64,000 nt of DNA from Nannocystales bacterium (lineage in GTDB: Bacteria > Myxococcota_A > Polyangia > Nannocystales > Nannocystaceae). The stretch spans positions 106,480 to 170,479 of the forward strand of contig JBOEGF010000006.1 in assembly GCA_050633305.1 (NCBI GenBank), given 5' to 3'. How positions within the stretch are numbered: position 1 is the stretch's first letter; each line of letters starts with the position of its first letter. A program made the translations under genes and the position numbers. Shown here one piece after another: positions 10,191 through 19,566 of the stretch. Under the pieces are notes generated by a model. It did no database searches. It was not told where the DNA came from and saw nothing but the letters and a program-made list of their open reading frames with translations.

Positions 10191-11255
10191 TCAAGTCCGC
10201 GGCGCCACGCGGGGAAGCGTGTCGCAGACGTCGAGGATCCAGCGCTGCAGGGCGAGGTACGGGCTCTTGGTCACCGAGAACGACCCGCCCTTGAGGTCCT
10301 TGTCGAGCCGAGCCAGGCCCGCGTACGCGCGACGTAGCCGGCCCTCATCGAAGCCCCGGGCTTGCGCGGCAAGCTTCTTGGCCACGAAAGGCGGAACCCC
10401 TGCGACCTGGCCGATGCGGGCGGGGTTCGCCCCTGCAGCTTTGGCCGTGAACACGAGGCGCAGCTGACGGATCAGCATCGAGAGCGCCTGGTTTGCCTGG
10501 CCGATCTCCCCGGCGGTGGACTCGGTGAACAGATGGGCGAGGACAGCGAGTGCCTTGTCGCACTGGCCGAGGCCCACGGCGTCGGTGAGATCGAAGATGA
10601 CCGCGTCCCGGGTATGGCCGCAGGTCGCCCGCACGTCCACCACCGAGACCGAGGCCCCTTCTCCAGCGTGCAAGCTGGCGCGCTCCAGGGCGGCGAGGAG
10701 CGCGGACTGGCCGGTCCCCACACGAAGCACGAGCTGCTCGATCGCGCCACGGTCGATCGGGACCCCGCGATCCAGCGCCATCGCGGCGACAAAGTCGACC
10801 GCATCTCGATCCCGCTTGATCGCCTCGAACTTGGCGACGAACCCGACCTTTTTCGTCGCCGAGACGAGCTTGGACCGTCCGTCGATACCCGCACTGACGA
10901 GGACGAGCACGGTCGTCGGGCTGGGGTCCTTCAGGTACTTCACCAGCGCGTCGAGGCTGGCCTTGGCGGCGTCCCCCTTCTTGCCGACCATCTCGGGGTC
11001 GTGCAGCTCCACCAGGCGGCGTGAGGTCATGAAGGGCAGCTGTGCACACGCACCCAACACCGGACCGATGCCCTCGAGTTCACGACCCGCGAACCGCTCG
11101 TGGTTGAAGGATTCCATGCCCGGCTCGAGCACTTTGGTGCGCAGCTCCGCGAGGCACGCCTTCACAGGCCCGGGCTCGTTGCCGTACAGGAGGTAGACCG
11201 GCTCGAACGTCTCCGCCGCCAGCGCGCACTTGAGCGACTTGAGCGGGTCCGTCAT
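10191..11255 (-). CDS. holA: DNA polymerase III delta subunit
   Basis: PVYLLYGNE, QLPFMTSRRLV, IFDLTDAV, DKDLKGG; adjacent to rpsT. Confidence 0.92.
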   Translation of the reverse strand: MTDPLKSLKCALAAETFEPVYLLYGNEPGPVKACLAELRTKVLEPGMESFNHERFAGRELEGIGPVLGACAQLPFMTSRRLVELHDPEMVGKKGDAAKASLDALVKYLKDPSPTTVLVLVSAGIDGRSKLVSATKKVGFVAKFEAIKRDRDAVDFVAAMALDRGVPIDRGAIEQLVLRVGTGQSALLAALERASLHAGEGASVSVVDVRATCGHTRDAVIFDLTDAVGLGQCDKALAVLAHLFTESTAGEIGQANQALSMLIRQLRLVFTAKAAGANPARIGQVAGVPPFVAKKLAAQARGFDEGRLRRAYAGLARLDKDLKGGSFSVTKSPYLALQRWILDVCDTLPRVAPRT

Positions 11256-12520
11256 TCAGCGCTCCGGGCCCGCAGCGTCGCCACAACCTCGACATGACTG
11301 GTCATCGGCATCAAGTCGAACACCGTCAGGTCCACCACGTCAAAGCCCCTGCTGGTCGCCACGGCGAGGTCGCGCGCCAAGGTGGCGGGGTCGCAGCTGA
11401 CGTATACGATGCGCTGCGTCGCGACGCGGCAGGCCGACGCCATGCCCTCCTTGCCCAGCCCGGTCCGCGGCGGATCGAGCACGATGACATCGTAGGTGCT
11501 TCGACTCTCGGCCAGCTTCGGCAGCAAGTTGGTCGCGCTTTGACGCTTGGCGTTGATCGGCAACTCGTGGGCTTTGGCGAGGCCCTGCAGCTTCCGGATC
11601 GCATCGTGGTCGGTGTCGCTTGCCCACACCCGCTGCGCGTCTCGAGCCAGCGCTCGGGAGAAGTTGCCCGATCCCGCGTACAGCTCGAGGACCCTCAGCC
11701 CGCTGGCGTCGGCTTGCTTGACGACGTGGTCGACCAGCGACTTGTTGCCGGCCGCGTTGGCCTGGCCAAAGGAGAACGACCCCAGCCGCACAGCGGGCCA
11801 CAGCACCGTACCGTCGACGTCGAGCACCCGTTTGCCGACATGGCCTTGTGCCCGACCGCCACGCACCTCGATGCCGACGAGCGTGTCGTCCAAGACGGCG
11901 CGCAGGGCTTCGAGGACCTCCGGATCGGGTTTCACTTTGGGGAGGCCGAGCACGGCTTGCTTGCCGTCGGAGAGGCCGAGGATCTCTCCCGAAGCCGGGA
12001 GAAGCCCAGCCACCGCGCGCAACCGTTGGGCCGCGGCATCGAGAGCAGGGTCCAAGACGAGGCACTTCGAGACATCGACGACCTCTCGCGAGCGCGCCGC
12101 GTGGAAGCCGAGGGAGAAGCCAGACTCCGAGCGCCGATAGTGGAACCGTGCACGTCGCCGATAGCCCTCGGCGGGACCCGCAAAGCCGACGCGCACGCCC
12201 GTAAACACGCTGCGGAGCTGATCCGCTGCGATGCGTGCCTTGAACTCCGGCTGTTTGATCGGATCCACGTGTTGCCACTGGCAACCGCCGCACGTCATCG
12301 CGTACGGGCATGGCGGTTCGACCCGGTGCGGAGATGGCTCGACGATCTCGACCAGGCGGCCGTGCACAAATCGTTTGGCGGCTCGAACCTCTTGAGCGTC
12401 CACGACCTCGTCGGGCAGTGCGCCAGGCACAAACCAGGTCGGGCCCTCGCCCTCGACCAAGTTGCCAACGCCGTCTCCACCATGGGCCAGCGCGCGAATT
12501 CGAATCCTGGAGTCGCTCAT
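11252..12520 (-). CDS. TRAM-domain RNA (uracil-5)-methyltransferase, RlmD/TrmA family
   Basis: ALAHGGDGVG TRAM start, CPYAMTCGGCQWQH Fe-S motif, ELYAGSGNF, LDPPRTG, YVSCDPATLARD, MPMTSHVE. Confidence 0.93.
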   Translation of the reverse strand: MSDSRIRIRALAHGGDGVGNLVEGEGPTWFVPGALPDEVVDAQEVRAAKRFVHGRLVEIVEPSPHRVEPPCPYAMTCGGCQWQHVDPIKQPEFKARIAADQLRSVFTGVRVGFAGPAEGYRRRARFHYRRSESGFSLGFHAARSREVVDVSKCLVLDPALDAAAQRLRAVAGLLPASGEILGLSDGKQAVLGLPKVKPDPEVLEALRAVLDDTLVGIEVRGGRAQGHVGKRVLDVDGTVLWPAVRLGSFSFGQANAAGNKSLVDHVVKQADASGLRVLELYAGSGNFSRALARDAQRVWASDTDHDAIRKLQGLAKAHELPINAKRQSATNLLPKLAESRSTYDVIVLDPPRTGLGKEGMASACRVATQRIVYVSCDPATLARDLAVATSRGFDVVDLTVFDLMPMTSHVEVVATLRARSAE

Positions 12521-12730
12521 CGAGCCCCCACCCTTGCCGTAGTGGGCCACCGGGGTCAACCGACAGTGGGCCGGATGCAGGACACGCGCGGGTTCGCTGG
12601 AAGCGACGTGAAATCACACCGTCAAGATGGCAACGGTCGGCGCCAGTCTCACGACGACAGTGGCCGGTCTAGGGCCACATCGCCGTGTCTCCGCTCGTGT
12701 ATTTCCGGTGAGTTGGAACAACACTGGATC

Positions 12731-12746
12731 CGGCACGTGGTTTGCT
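12731..12746 (+). promoter_or_regulatory. Putative sigma-54 promoter
   Basis: CGGCAC-GTGGT-TTGCT has exact -24/-12 spacing just upstream of the lipoprotein gene at 12760. Confidence 0.5.
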
Positions 12747-12759
12747 TCGTATGGTCAAC

Positions 12760-13221
12760 ATGGCCGCCGCCGCTTCGCGACTCCTCGCCCTCGTCCTCTC
12801 CGCCACCACCTTGGCGGCGTGCGACCAGGCGCAGGGCACGGAGGTCGGGCCGCGTGGGGGCGTGGTCGTGAGCGAAGATGGGCGCCTCAGCGTCGAGATC
12901 CCCGCAGGTGCGCTCGACAAGACCGTCGACATCTCCATTCACGTGGTCGAGGACGGCCCCGAAGGCGATGAGACCGCGATCCGCGCGTACGCAATCGAGC
13001 CGCTCGGAACCGCGCTCGTCCTTCCCGCCCACGTCGAGTACGACTGGACCGTCGAGGCCGCGGCCGATGCACTCACCCGGGACGGCGAGGTGGTCGACCC
13101 CGCGCTGGTCATCGAGCGCGGCCCGCAGTGGCGCGCCCTCGCCGACCGAACCGTTGACCACGACGCCGGCTACGTATCGGGCACCGTCAACTACCTCGGC
13201 GTCGTCGCAGTCATCGACTAG
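12760..13221 (+). CDS. Small lipoprotein with ZU5-like beta domain
   Basis: Lipobox LAAC; VGPRGGVV...VEIPAGAL...IEPLG pattern resembles ZU5. Confidence 0.7.
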   Translation: MAAAASRLLALVLSATTLAACDQAQGTEVGPRGGVVVSEDGRLSVEIPAGALDKTVDISIHVVEDGPEGDETAIRAYAIEPLGTALVLPAHVEYDWTVEAAADALTRDGEVVDPALVIERGPQWRALADRTVDHDAGYVSGTVNYLGVVAVID

Positions 13222-13429
13222 TCGTTCATGCCCGAAGTCCGTGCGGGGTTTCTGCGGCCCCCCTTCGAGCGTCGGGTAGAGAGAATCGCGATTCGCGGAA
13301 CCCGGAGTCATTCGCGAATCGAAGGGCCGAGGGGCCCTCCGAACCCCTCGGTTGGCCAGGCCTGCGTTCGGTCCTTTTCCGCTCCGCATCCCTCGGGCAC
13401 GCTTCGCTCTGTTGCTCCGAACTCCCCGG

Positions 13430-13938
13430 CGCCTCCCGCTGGAGCCCCCGCCACGGTCAACGCGCGGGAGACCATTCGCCTCGAGACCAGCCTGCCGTTC
13501 GCGGTCACCTCGAACGACCCCGAGCGGTCCTCTCCCATCACGGAGTTCCTGCTCAGCTCCCAAGCGCTCGACGGGTTGAGCAGCCAAGGCGACCCCGCGA
13601 TGCTCTCTCTCCCCGCATCGGCCCAGCACCAGGAAGACGATGTGTTCTTGGTGCCTGACGGCGACGCAAGCAACGACGTGACAGTGATTCACCAACAAGG
13701 CGGCGCGGAGCGGGATGGGGTCTTGGTCGATGCCGCCAGGTGGCCACCGTTGGGTGTGCTCGATGGTGTGGGCTACGAGTCCGTGCACCTGGGTGTCGAG
13801 ACCGGCTCGCACAGCATCAGCTCGGACCAGCCATGCGGCATCGTCTCGGTCGGCTACGACCAGGATGTCAGCTACGCCAATCCCGGCCGGAGCGGGCTCG
13901 AAGTCACCTCCGAGCCGCCGCCGCCTCCGGTGGGATGA
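13430..13938 (+). pseudogene. 5'-truncated relic of an IgGFc-binding-protein N-terminal-like domain
   Basis: GDPAMLSLP..Q..D.VFLVP, G.HSISSDQP.GIV.VGYD..VSYA.PG resemble the C-terminal half of that domain. No signal peptide or N-terminal half, and several consensus Tyr positions appear substituted. Confidence 0.55.
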
Positions 13939-14036
13939 ACCCACGGGCCGCCGCGACACCCGCGTCATGCGTCTGCGCGTCGCGGCCCCGAATCGGCGCG
14001 CTGCATCCGGGCAGAGTGCGGCTATTGTGACAGTCT

Positions 14037-15539
14037 ATGTGTCTTAGGTTGAAACGATGGATTGTGATGTTGAGTTGTGGTGTTGGCGTTGCCGGATGCG
14101 ACGGAGAAGCGGTCGATGCGTCGGGAAGCGACATCGCCACGTCGGGATTCGGCGAGTCCTCGGGCGCCAACGAGGGACCGGCCGACAGCGTCGGCGACGA
14201 TGACGTCGACCCCGCACCGCCCCTGCCCGATGCGGGGAGCGAACCGTGGTGCGGAGACGGGGTCCTCGATGACGGCGAAGCTTGTGACGGTGAAGACTTC
14301 GGAGGATGGACCTGCGCAGACGAAGGTGCGGACGGAGGCCAGCTGCGGTGTACCGACGACTGTCAGATCGACAGCTGTGACTGCACATGGGAGGACGGTG
14401 GCGGTGACTGCACCCCAGACACCCCGCCCGTCTGTGGCAACGACATCCAAGAATCCGGCGAAGCGTGTGACGGGAGTGACATCCCGAGCTGGGACTTCGA
14501 CCCCTGCGAAGCCGCCCTCGGCAGCGGCCACTACGGCAGCGTCTCGTGCAACTCCGACTGCACCCTCGACACCACCAGCTGTGGCTCGTGCGGGGACGGA
14601 CTGTGGCAAGAATGGGAGGAGGAATGCGACGGTGACGCACTTGGAGAGGTCACCTGTGAGGACGCAATCCACGTCCCGGCCTCCGGCTCGCCGACATGCA
14701 ACGAGTGGTGCGAGCTGAGCTTCGAGAGCTGTCAGCCGCTGTGCGGCAATGGTGTCCTCGACCCCGGCGAGGCCTGTGATGGCGATGCCGCCGGAGCGCA
14801 GACCTGCACCGACGTCGGCGGAGTCGGTGGTACGCCGACGTGCACGTCCCATTGCACGCTCGACACGTCGCCGTGCGAGTTCTGCGGTAACGGGGTCCTC
14901 GACCTCGGAGAGGTTTGCGACACCGATGTGTTCATCGAAGCCCAGTGCTCCGAGATCAGTGCGTTCGCGACCGGAGAGCTGAGTTGCTCGGACAGCTGCA
15001 CCTACGACCTGTCGAGCTGCGACATTCCGCTTGGAACCGTCGTGATCTCGGAGGTCATGCCCATCGCTGTCCCCGACCCGCTCTTTCCCCAAGGAGAGTG
15101 GCTCGAGCTTCACAACCCAGGAGCGGACGTCGTCCTCTTGGACGGCTGCACGCTATCGGGGGTCGTTCCCTTCGAGACCGAGCCCTTTGAAGCGGGCGCG
15201 GTGATCGAGGCCGGTGGATATGCGACGTTCGGACACGGAACGGCCGAGCACCTCGGTTTCACGCCCGACTACAGCCTCGACGAAGCTTCGTCATTTCTCA
15301 ACGTCGGCGACCTGATCCGGGTCGAATGTGCGGGGGTCCTGGTGGACGAGGTGGAGTACGACGACGCAAAGCCGTGGCCGCCTCTGGATCCCGGTCGTTC
15401 CATCGAGGTGTCGACCGCCGCTCTCAACGTCGTCAACAACGACGCGGGCACGTCGTGGTGCGCCGCCACCACACAGTACGCGCCGGGATACTCGGGAACC
15501 CCGGGCGAGCCGAACGACTGCCCACTGGAGGACAACTAG
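14037..15539 (+). CDS. Cys-rich repeat lipoprotein with C-terminal lamin-tail domain
   Basis: Lipobox VAGC; five CG(N/D)-x-E-x-CD repeats; VVISEVMP...GEWLELHN...GTPGEPN LTD signature. Confidence 0.85.
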   Translation: MCLRLKRWIVMLSCGVGVAGCDGEAVDASGSDIATSGFGESSGANEGPADSVGDDDVDPAPPLPDAGSEPWCGDGVLDDGEACDGEDFGGWTCADEGADGGQLRCTDDCQIDSCDCTWEDGGGDCTPDTPPVCGNDIQESGEACDGSDIPSWDFDPCEAALGSGHYGSVSCNSDCTLDTTSCGSCGDGLWQEWEEECDGDALGEVTCEDAIHVPASGSPTCNEWCELSFESCQPLCGNGVLDPGEACDGDAAGAQTCTDVGGVGGTPTCTSHCTLDTSPCEFCGNGVLDLGEVCDTDVFIEAQCSEISAFATGELSCSDSCTYDLSSCDIPLGTVVISEVMPIAVPDPLFPQGEWLELHNPGADVVLLDGCTLSGVVPFETEPFEAGAVIEAGGYATFGHGTAEHLGFTPDYSLDEASSFLNVGDLIRVECAGVLVDEVEYDDAKPWPPLDPGRSIEVSTAALNVVNNDAGTSWCAATTQYAPGYSGTPGEPNDCPLEDN

Positions 15540-15606
15540 GGGGCGTCCCAGGGATGGTGGGGCCGGAATCCGTCGGGGCGGTGGTCGCCTCGCACGGGTT
15601 CCGCTT

Positions 15607-16401
15607 TCACTGCCCGCGTAGCGTGTCACCCACGCGCAGCATGCCGGGCTCGCGGACCACCACGTTGCGCCCGAAGATCACCTTGCCGCTCGCGTCGCGG
15701 CGAAAGGTGGCCAGAGTCCGAAGCGGCTCACCGTCAGCCCGCGGGCGGTCGGGCCTTTCTGGGTCCAGCAGTGTCATCGAACAACGCTCGCAGCCGGTCG
15801 TGCACTCGAGAACGGTCTCCCCGCTGCGCAGCAGGGCCCACTCGTCTTCCGCCCAGGCCTGTTCAGCCTCGACCACGACGTTCGGCCGAAACGCGAGCAT
15901 GGGGATCGGGCTGCCCTCGATGCGCTCCTGCAAGTCGAGCAGCGACGCGGTATTGGCGACCAAGATCGGGTAACCGTCGGCGAAGCTGACCGCGAGTCCC
16001 TCGACCCCCCCGACGGGGCGCCGAGTCTGCTCGGGCATGTAGACGAGCTGGGCTGGCTCTCCGACAAGCGCGGTGAAGAACGCATCGAGTTGCTCACAGA
16101 CGCGTAGCGCGGTCATCGTGTCGCTCCAGACCGACACCTCCACCTGTGATCCCTGCGTCGGCGCGAGTGGAACGGAACACGATCCAACACCTTCTGCTTC
16201 GAGCCGCAGTTGGTCTCCGTCAATCCGAACCGCGCATCGTCCCAACGCGGGATGGCTGCGCTGCGAGAGGAACTTGCCGCTCGCCGAGGTGACCATGAAC
16301 CTGCGGTCGTTCGCGAGGCCCCGCTCCTGCGCCACGGCGACCTCGACCGGGATGCCCGGTCCGCTCTTGATCGGGTAGATGAAGAGACGCGAGATACGCA
16401 T
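15607..16401 (-). CDS. MOSC domain protein (YcbX/mARC-like)
   Basis: LFIYPIKS, DRRFM, FADGYPIL, FRPNVVV, CERC, FGRN. Confidence 0.93.
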   Translation of the reverse strand: MRISRLFIYPIKSGPGIPVEVAVAQERGLANDRRFMVTSASGKFLSQRSHPALGRCAVRIDGDQLRLEAEGVGSCSVPLAPTQGSQVEVSVWSDTMTALRVCEQLDAFFTALVGEPAQLVYMPEQTRRPVGGVEGLAVSFADGYPILVANTASLLDLQERIEGSPIPMLAFRPNVVVEAEQAWAEDEWALLRSGETVLECTTGCERCSMTLLDPERPDRPRADGEPLRTLATFRRDASGKVIFGRNVVVREPGMLRVGDTLRGQ

Positions 16402-16443
16402 GCCGGAGGCTACCGTACTGCCCTGCGCAACGCCGGGCCCACG

Positions 16444-17472
16444 TCAGCCCGCAGCGAATCGGGCGAGGATCCCGTCCGCGACCGCAGTTCGAGCCTCGGA
16501 CCGCACCCCCGCATACAACGCAACCGCTTTGGCGTCCCGATACAGCCGCTCGACGGCGTACTCCTCGGTGTACCCGTAGCCACCGTGGATCTGCAGCATC
16601 TCCGAGCAACCGACCGTGACCGCTTGCACGGCAGCAAGCGTCGCGCGTGCGGCCGCTGCAGGGCGGCCCGGCTCCGTGCTCGCAGCGGCCAACCCGAGCA
16701 TGAGTTCGGCAGCATCGAGACCCGTCGCGAGATCGGCGAGCTTCCACTGAATCGCCTGGAACTTGGCGATCGGCTTCCCGAACTGCTGTCGCTCCATGGC
16801 GTAGCTGGTGCCCTCGGCAAGCGCAGCACGCCCGATGCCCGCAGCAATGAAGCCCAGCGCGAGCCGCAGGTCGGTCTGGACGGTTTGTAGGTCCCCGGGG
16901 AGCGCCCTCGCACCGGATCCCTCGAACGAGACGCTGCCGATGTCGGCAGCACGCAAACCCAACGTACGGCTCCGTGCGCCCTCCAGGGCTTCGGTCCGCG
17001 GGACCAGCATCGGGGTGTCGACGCCCTGAACCGTCGCCACCACCGCGAGGCGGGGCGCACCCGTGGCACCGATGGCGACACGGTCGGTGCCGCGCAGCGT
17101 AAACCCGTCGGAAGACGGCGTGGCTTCGAGGCCCCGCGCCATCCCGATCAGGCCGCTCGACCCCTCCCCCGCCGGACCCAGTCCCAGCCCCAGCCCCACC
17201 ATGTTGTGGACCGCCACGCTCAGCGCCGTCGAGGCACAGAACGCCCCGAGTTCCTGCAGGACCGCGAGCGCCGCGAGGGTGGAGAGACCGGCCCCGCCAT
17301 CGTCCTCGGGCACCCGCATGGCGAGCAGACCCATCTCCTCGAGTTCGGTGATCCAATCTCCAGGAAGGGTGCGAGCGGACTCCCATTCGCGGACCGTCTC
17401 GGCCTTTTGCTTGCCGAGTTCGCGAACGCTGTCGCGCAGGAGGAGGGTGTCTTCGTCGAGTTCAAAATTCAT
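16444..17472 (-). CDS. Acyl-CoA dehydrogenase family protein, short and lacking the usual catalytic Glu (putative beta subunit)
   Basis: Start re-picked at ATG 17472 (MNFELDED). Keeps RQQFGKPIAKFQAIQ and QIHGGYGY; has ALYAG in place of IYEG. Confidence 0.85.
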   Translation of the reverse strand: MNFELDEDTLLLRDSVRELGKQKAETVREWESARTLPGDWITELEEMGLLAMRVPEDDGGAGLSTLAALAVLQELGAFCASTALSVAVHNMVGLGLGLGPAGEGSSGLIGMARGLEATPSSDGFTLRGTDRVAIGATGAPRLAVVATVQGVDTPMLVPRTEALEGARSRTLGLRAADIGSVSFEGSGARALPGDLQTVQTDLRLALGFIAAGIGRAALAEGTSYAMERQQFGKPIAKFQAIQWKLADLATGLDAAELMLGLAAASTEPGRPAAAARATLAAVQAVTVGCSEMLQIHGGYGYTEEYAVERLYRDAKAVALYAGVRSEARTAVADGILARFAAG

Positions 17473-17498
17473 GGGCCGGCCTGTGGTGGGAGACGGGT

Positions 17499-18647
17499 TC
17501 AGGCTTGGTCGGAAAAGCGCCGGGCGATGCCGCGGCTGACCACAATGCGCTGCACCTCGGAGGTGCCCTCGTAGATCATCGTGACTCTCACGTCGCGGGC
17601 CAGCTGCTCGACCTTGGCGGCAGCGTTGTTGCCCAGCTCGCCCAAGACCTCCAGCGCTCGGTTGCACGCGAGCACAGCTTTCTCGGAGCAGAACATCTTG
17701 GCCATCGAGGCCTCGCGCGAGAAGTCCATCTTGTTCTCCTTGCGCCACGCGGCCTGCAACGCGAGCAAGCGCCCTGCCTCCAGATCGGTGCCGATGTCCG
17801 CCAAGCGGAACATGACGGCCTGGGACCGACCGAGTTCGCGGTCCTCCCGGACGTGCGCGACGGCGAGATCGAGCGCAGCCAACCCGACGCCCAACGCCTG
17901 AGAGGCGATACCCACACGCCCCCCATCGAGGGCCATCATCGCGGCCCGAAAACCGCGGTCGGTCTCGCCGAGCAGCGCCTCGTCCCCGACCTCCACGTCC
18001 GTGAAGTCGAGCGCCGTGGTTGTGCTGCCGTGCAGCCCCATCTTGTGCTCGGGCTTCCCGGGTTGGACACCGGGAGCATCGCCCGGCACGAGGAACGTGG
18101 AGATGCCTCGTGCGCCGGGAGCATCGGAGGTTTTCGCCCAGACGATGAACAGACCAGCGTCGGTCCCCGAGGTGATCCACAGCTTCGAGCCGTTGATGAT
18201 CCAACCCTTGTCGGTCTTGACCGCCTTGGTCCGCATCCCGCCCGGATCCGAGCCAGCACCCGCTTCACTCAGGGCGAAGGCCCCGACGACGTGTTCGAAG
18301 TTGCAGAGCTTGGGCACATGCAGCGCCCGCTGCTCAGGCGTGCCGAACGCCTCGACAACCTCGGCCACCATGTTGTTCACGCACAGCGCGACCGTCGTCG
18401 ACGCGCAGGCCTTGGCCATCTCGGTCACCGCGAGGCTGTACGCGACCGTTCCCGCGCCGAGCCCCCCCAGGTCCTTGCCGACGCCGATCCCGGTCAGTCC
18501 GCGCTTCGCCGCCTCGGCGAGGTTCTCCCGAGGAAAGCCCCCCTGAAGATCCCATCCTTGCGCTGCCGGAGCCAGCACCGATTCCGCGAACTCCCGCGCA
18601 ATCCCCTGAACTTCGAGCTGCCGCTCACTCAACGTCACGTCCATCAT
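17499..18647 (-). CDS. Acyl-CoA dehydrogenase (putative catalytic alpha subunit)
   Basis: FALSEAGAGSD, GSKLWITSG, IYEGTSEVQR. Confidence 0.93.
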   Translation of the reverse strand: MMDVTLSERQLEVQGIAREFAESVLAPAAQGWDLQGGFPRENLAEAAKRGLTGIGVGKDLGGLGAGTVAYSLAVTEMAKACASTTVALCVNNMVAEVVEAFGTPEQRALHVPKLCNFEHVVGAFALSEAGAGSDPGGMRTKAVKTDKGWIINGSKLWITSGTDAGLFIVWAKTSDAPGARGISTFLVPGDAPGVQPGKPEHKMGLHGSTTTALDFTDVEVGDEALLGETDRGFRAAMMALDGGRVGIASQALGVGLAALDLAVAHVREDRELGRSQAVMFRLADIGTDLEAGRLLALQAAWRKENKMDFSREASMAKMFCSEKAVLACNRALEVLGELGNNAAAKVEQLARDVRVTMIYEGTSEVQRIVVSRGIARRFSDQA

Positions 18648-18666
18648 TCACTCTCCAACCCGCCGA

Positions 18667-18700
18667 CCATCCGGCCATTCGGCCATTCGGCCATTCGGCC
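18667..18700. repeat. 8-bp tandem repeat (ccattcgg) x4
   Basis: ccatccgg-ccattcgg-ccattcgg-ccattcgg-cc about 20 bp upstream of the ACAD start. Confidence 0.9.
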
Positions 18701-18725
18701 TCAACCATGCACCACTGCCGCTTCT

Positions 18726-18955
18726 CGGCCGCCGAAGGCGGCACGGCCCGCACCGCGGGCCTCGTTTGGGGTGAAGCGGAGGCGGCTTCGCCGCCGCAGC
18801 GAGGGGCCTTTCCGAAAGGCCCCTCCGAGATTAGCCCAGAACGCCTCGCCTTCGCGGCCGCCGAAGGCGGCACGGCCCGCACCGCGGGCCTCGTTTGGGG
18901 TGAAGCGGAGGCGGCTTCGCCGCCGCAGCGAGGGGCCTTTCCGAAAGGCCCCTCC
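18726..18955. repeat. Two identical 101-bp direct repeats (18726-18826, 18855-18955), each with four hairpins; REP/BIME-like
   Basis: Exact copies with 129-bp period. Inverted repeats gccgcc-gaa-ggcggc, ggcccgc-acc-gcgggcc, ggcggc-ttc-gccgcc and gaggggcctttc-c-gaaaggcccctc. Confidence 0.92.
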
Positions 18956-18959
18956 AAAA

Positions 18960-19502
18960 CTAAAACGCTTCGCCGACGGTGCCACGGTACGTGTGCACGA
19001 AGTCGATCTCGGGCGGAGGATCGAACTCCCACTCGGTGACCGACGTCTCGATGCAGGACTTCATCGAAGCGCTGTCGAGTTCGCCCGCGTCGGCGCCCTT
19101 TGCGGTCTGCTTGCGCGTCTCGATCTGAAGCACCTTGCCCTGAGAGGTTTGCCCGGCGGTGTTGATCGTGAACTCCACCAAGAAGGCGGAGCGCACGAAA
19201 CGACTCTCAGCGGAACTCATCTCATCCTCGAGGCACCGCTCGATGTCGGTGAGGTACACGGTGAGAATCGTGTCGTCGATGTTCTGGAGCACCTCGGGGC
19301 TGATGCCCTTGCCCTGGTCGTCGTAGTCCTTGCTGCGATCGGCCGTGACGATGTCCCCCTCGTAGTCGTTGTTGCCCGCGCCGCGATAGCCGGCTGCAAC
19401 GTCGGGGTTGTCGCTGTCCTGTTGTTTCTTGCAGCCCGAGAGCCCGAGCCCAAGGCCCAGGACGAGAAGCGCTGCGACCTTGCTTGTGTTGCCGTGTTTC
19501 AT
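18960..19502 (-). CDS. Lipoprotein with TonB-C-like (AgmX/PglI C-terminal-like) domain
   Basis: Lipobox LSGC; IERC...VEFTINTAG...SCIETSVTEWEFDPP pattern. Confidence 0.65.
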   Translation of the reverse strand: MKHGNTSKVAALLVLGLGLGLSGCKKQQDSDNPDVAAGYRGAGNNDYEGDIVTADRSKDYDDQGKGISPEVLQNIDDTILTVYLTDIERCLEDEMSSAESRFVRSAFLVEFTINTAGQTSQGKVLQIETRKQTAKGADAGELDSASMKSCIETSVTEWEFDPPPEIDFVHTYRGTVGEAF

Positions 19503-19566
19503 GCTGCGGTCTCCTGTGCAGAGTGTACCGGGCGAACGGGTCTGGGCTCAGCCAACTCGGCCTCCC

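Noticed and set aside
13430..13938. Diversity-generating retroelement variable region
   Set aside because: No reverse transcriptase or template repeat in the window, and the changes affect T rather than A on the coding strand.
18726..18955. CRISPR array
   Set aside because: Only two units, the 101-bp repeat is far too long, and no cas genes are present.
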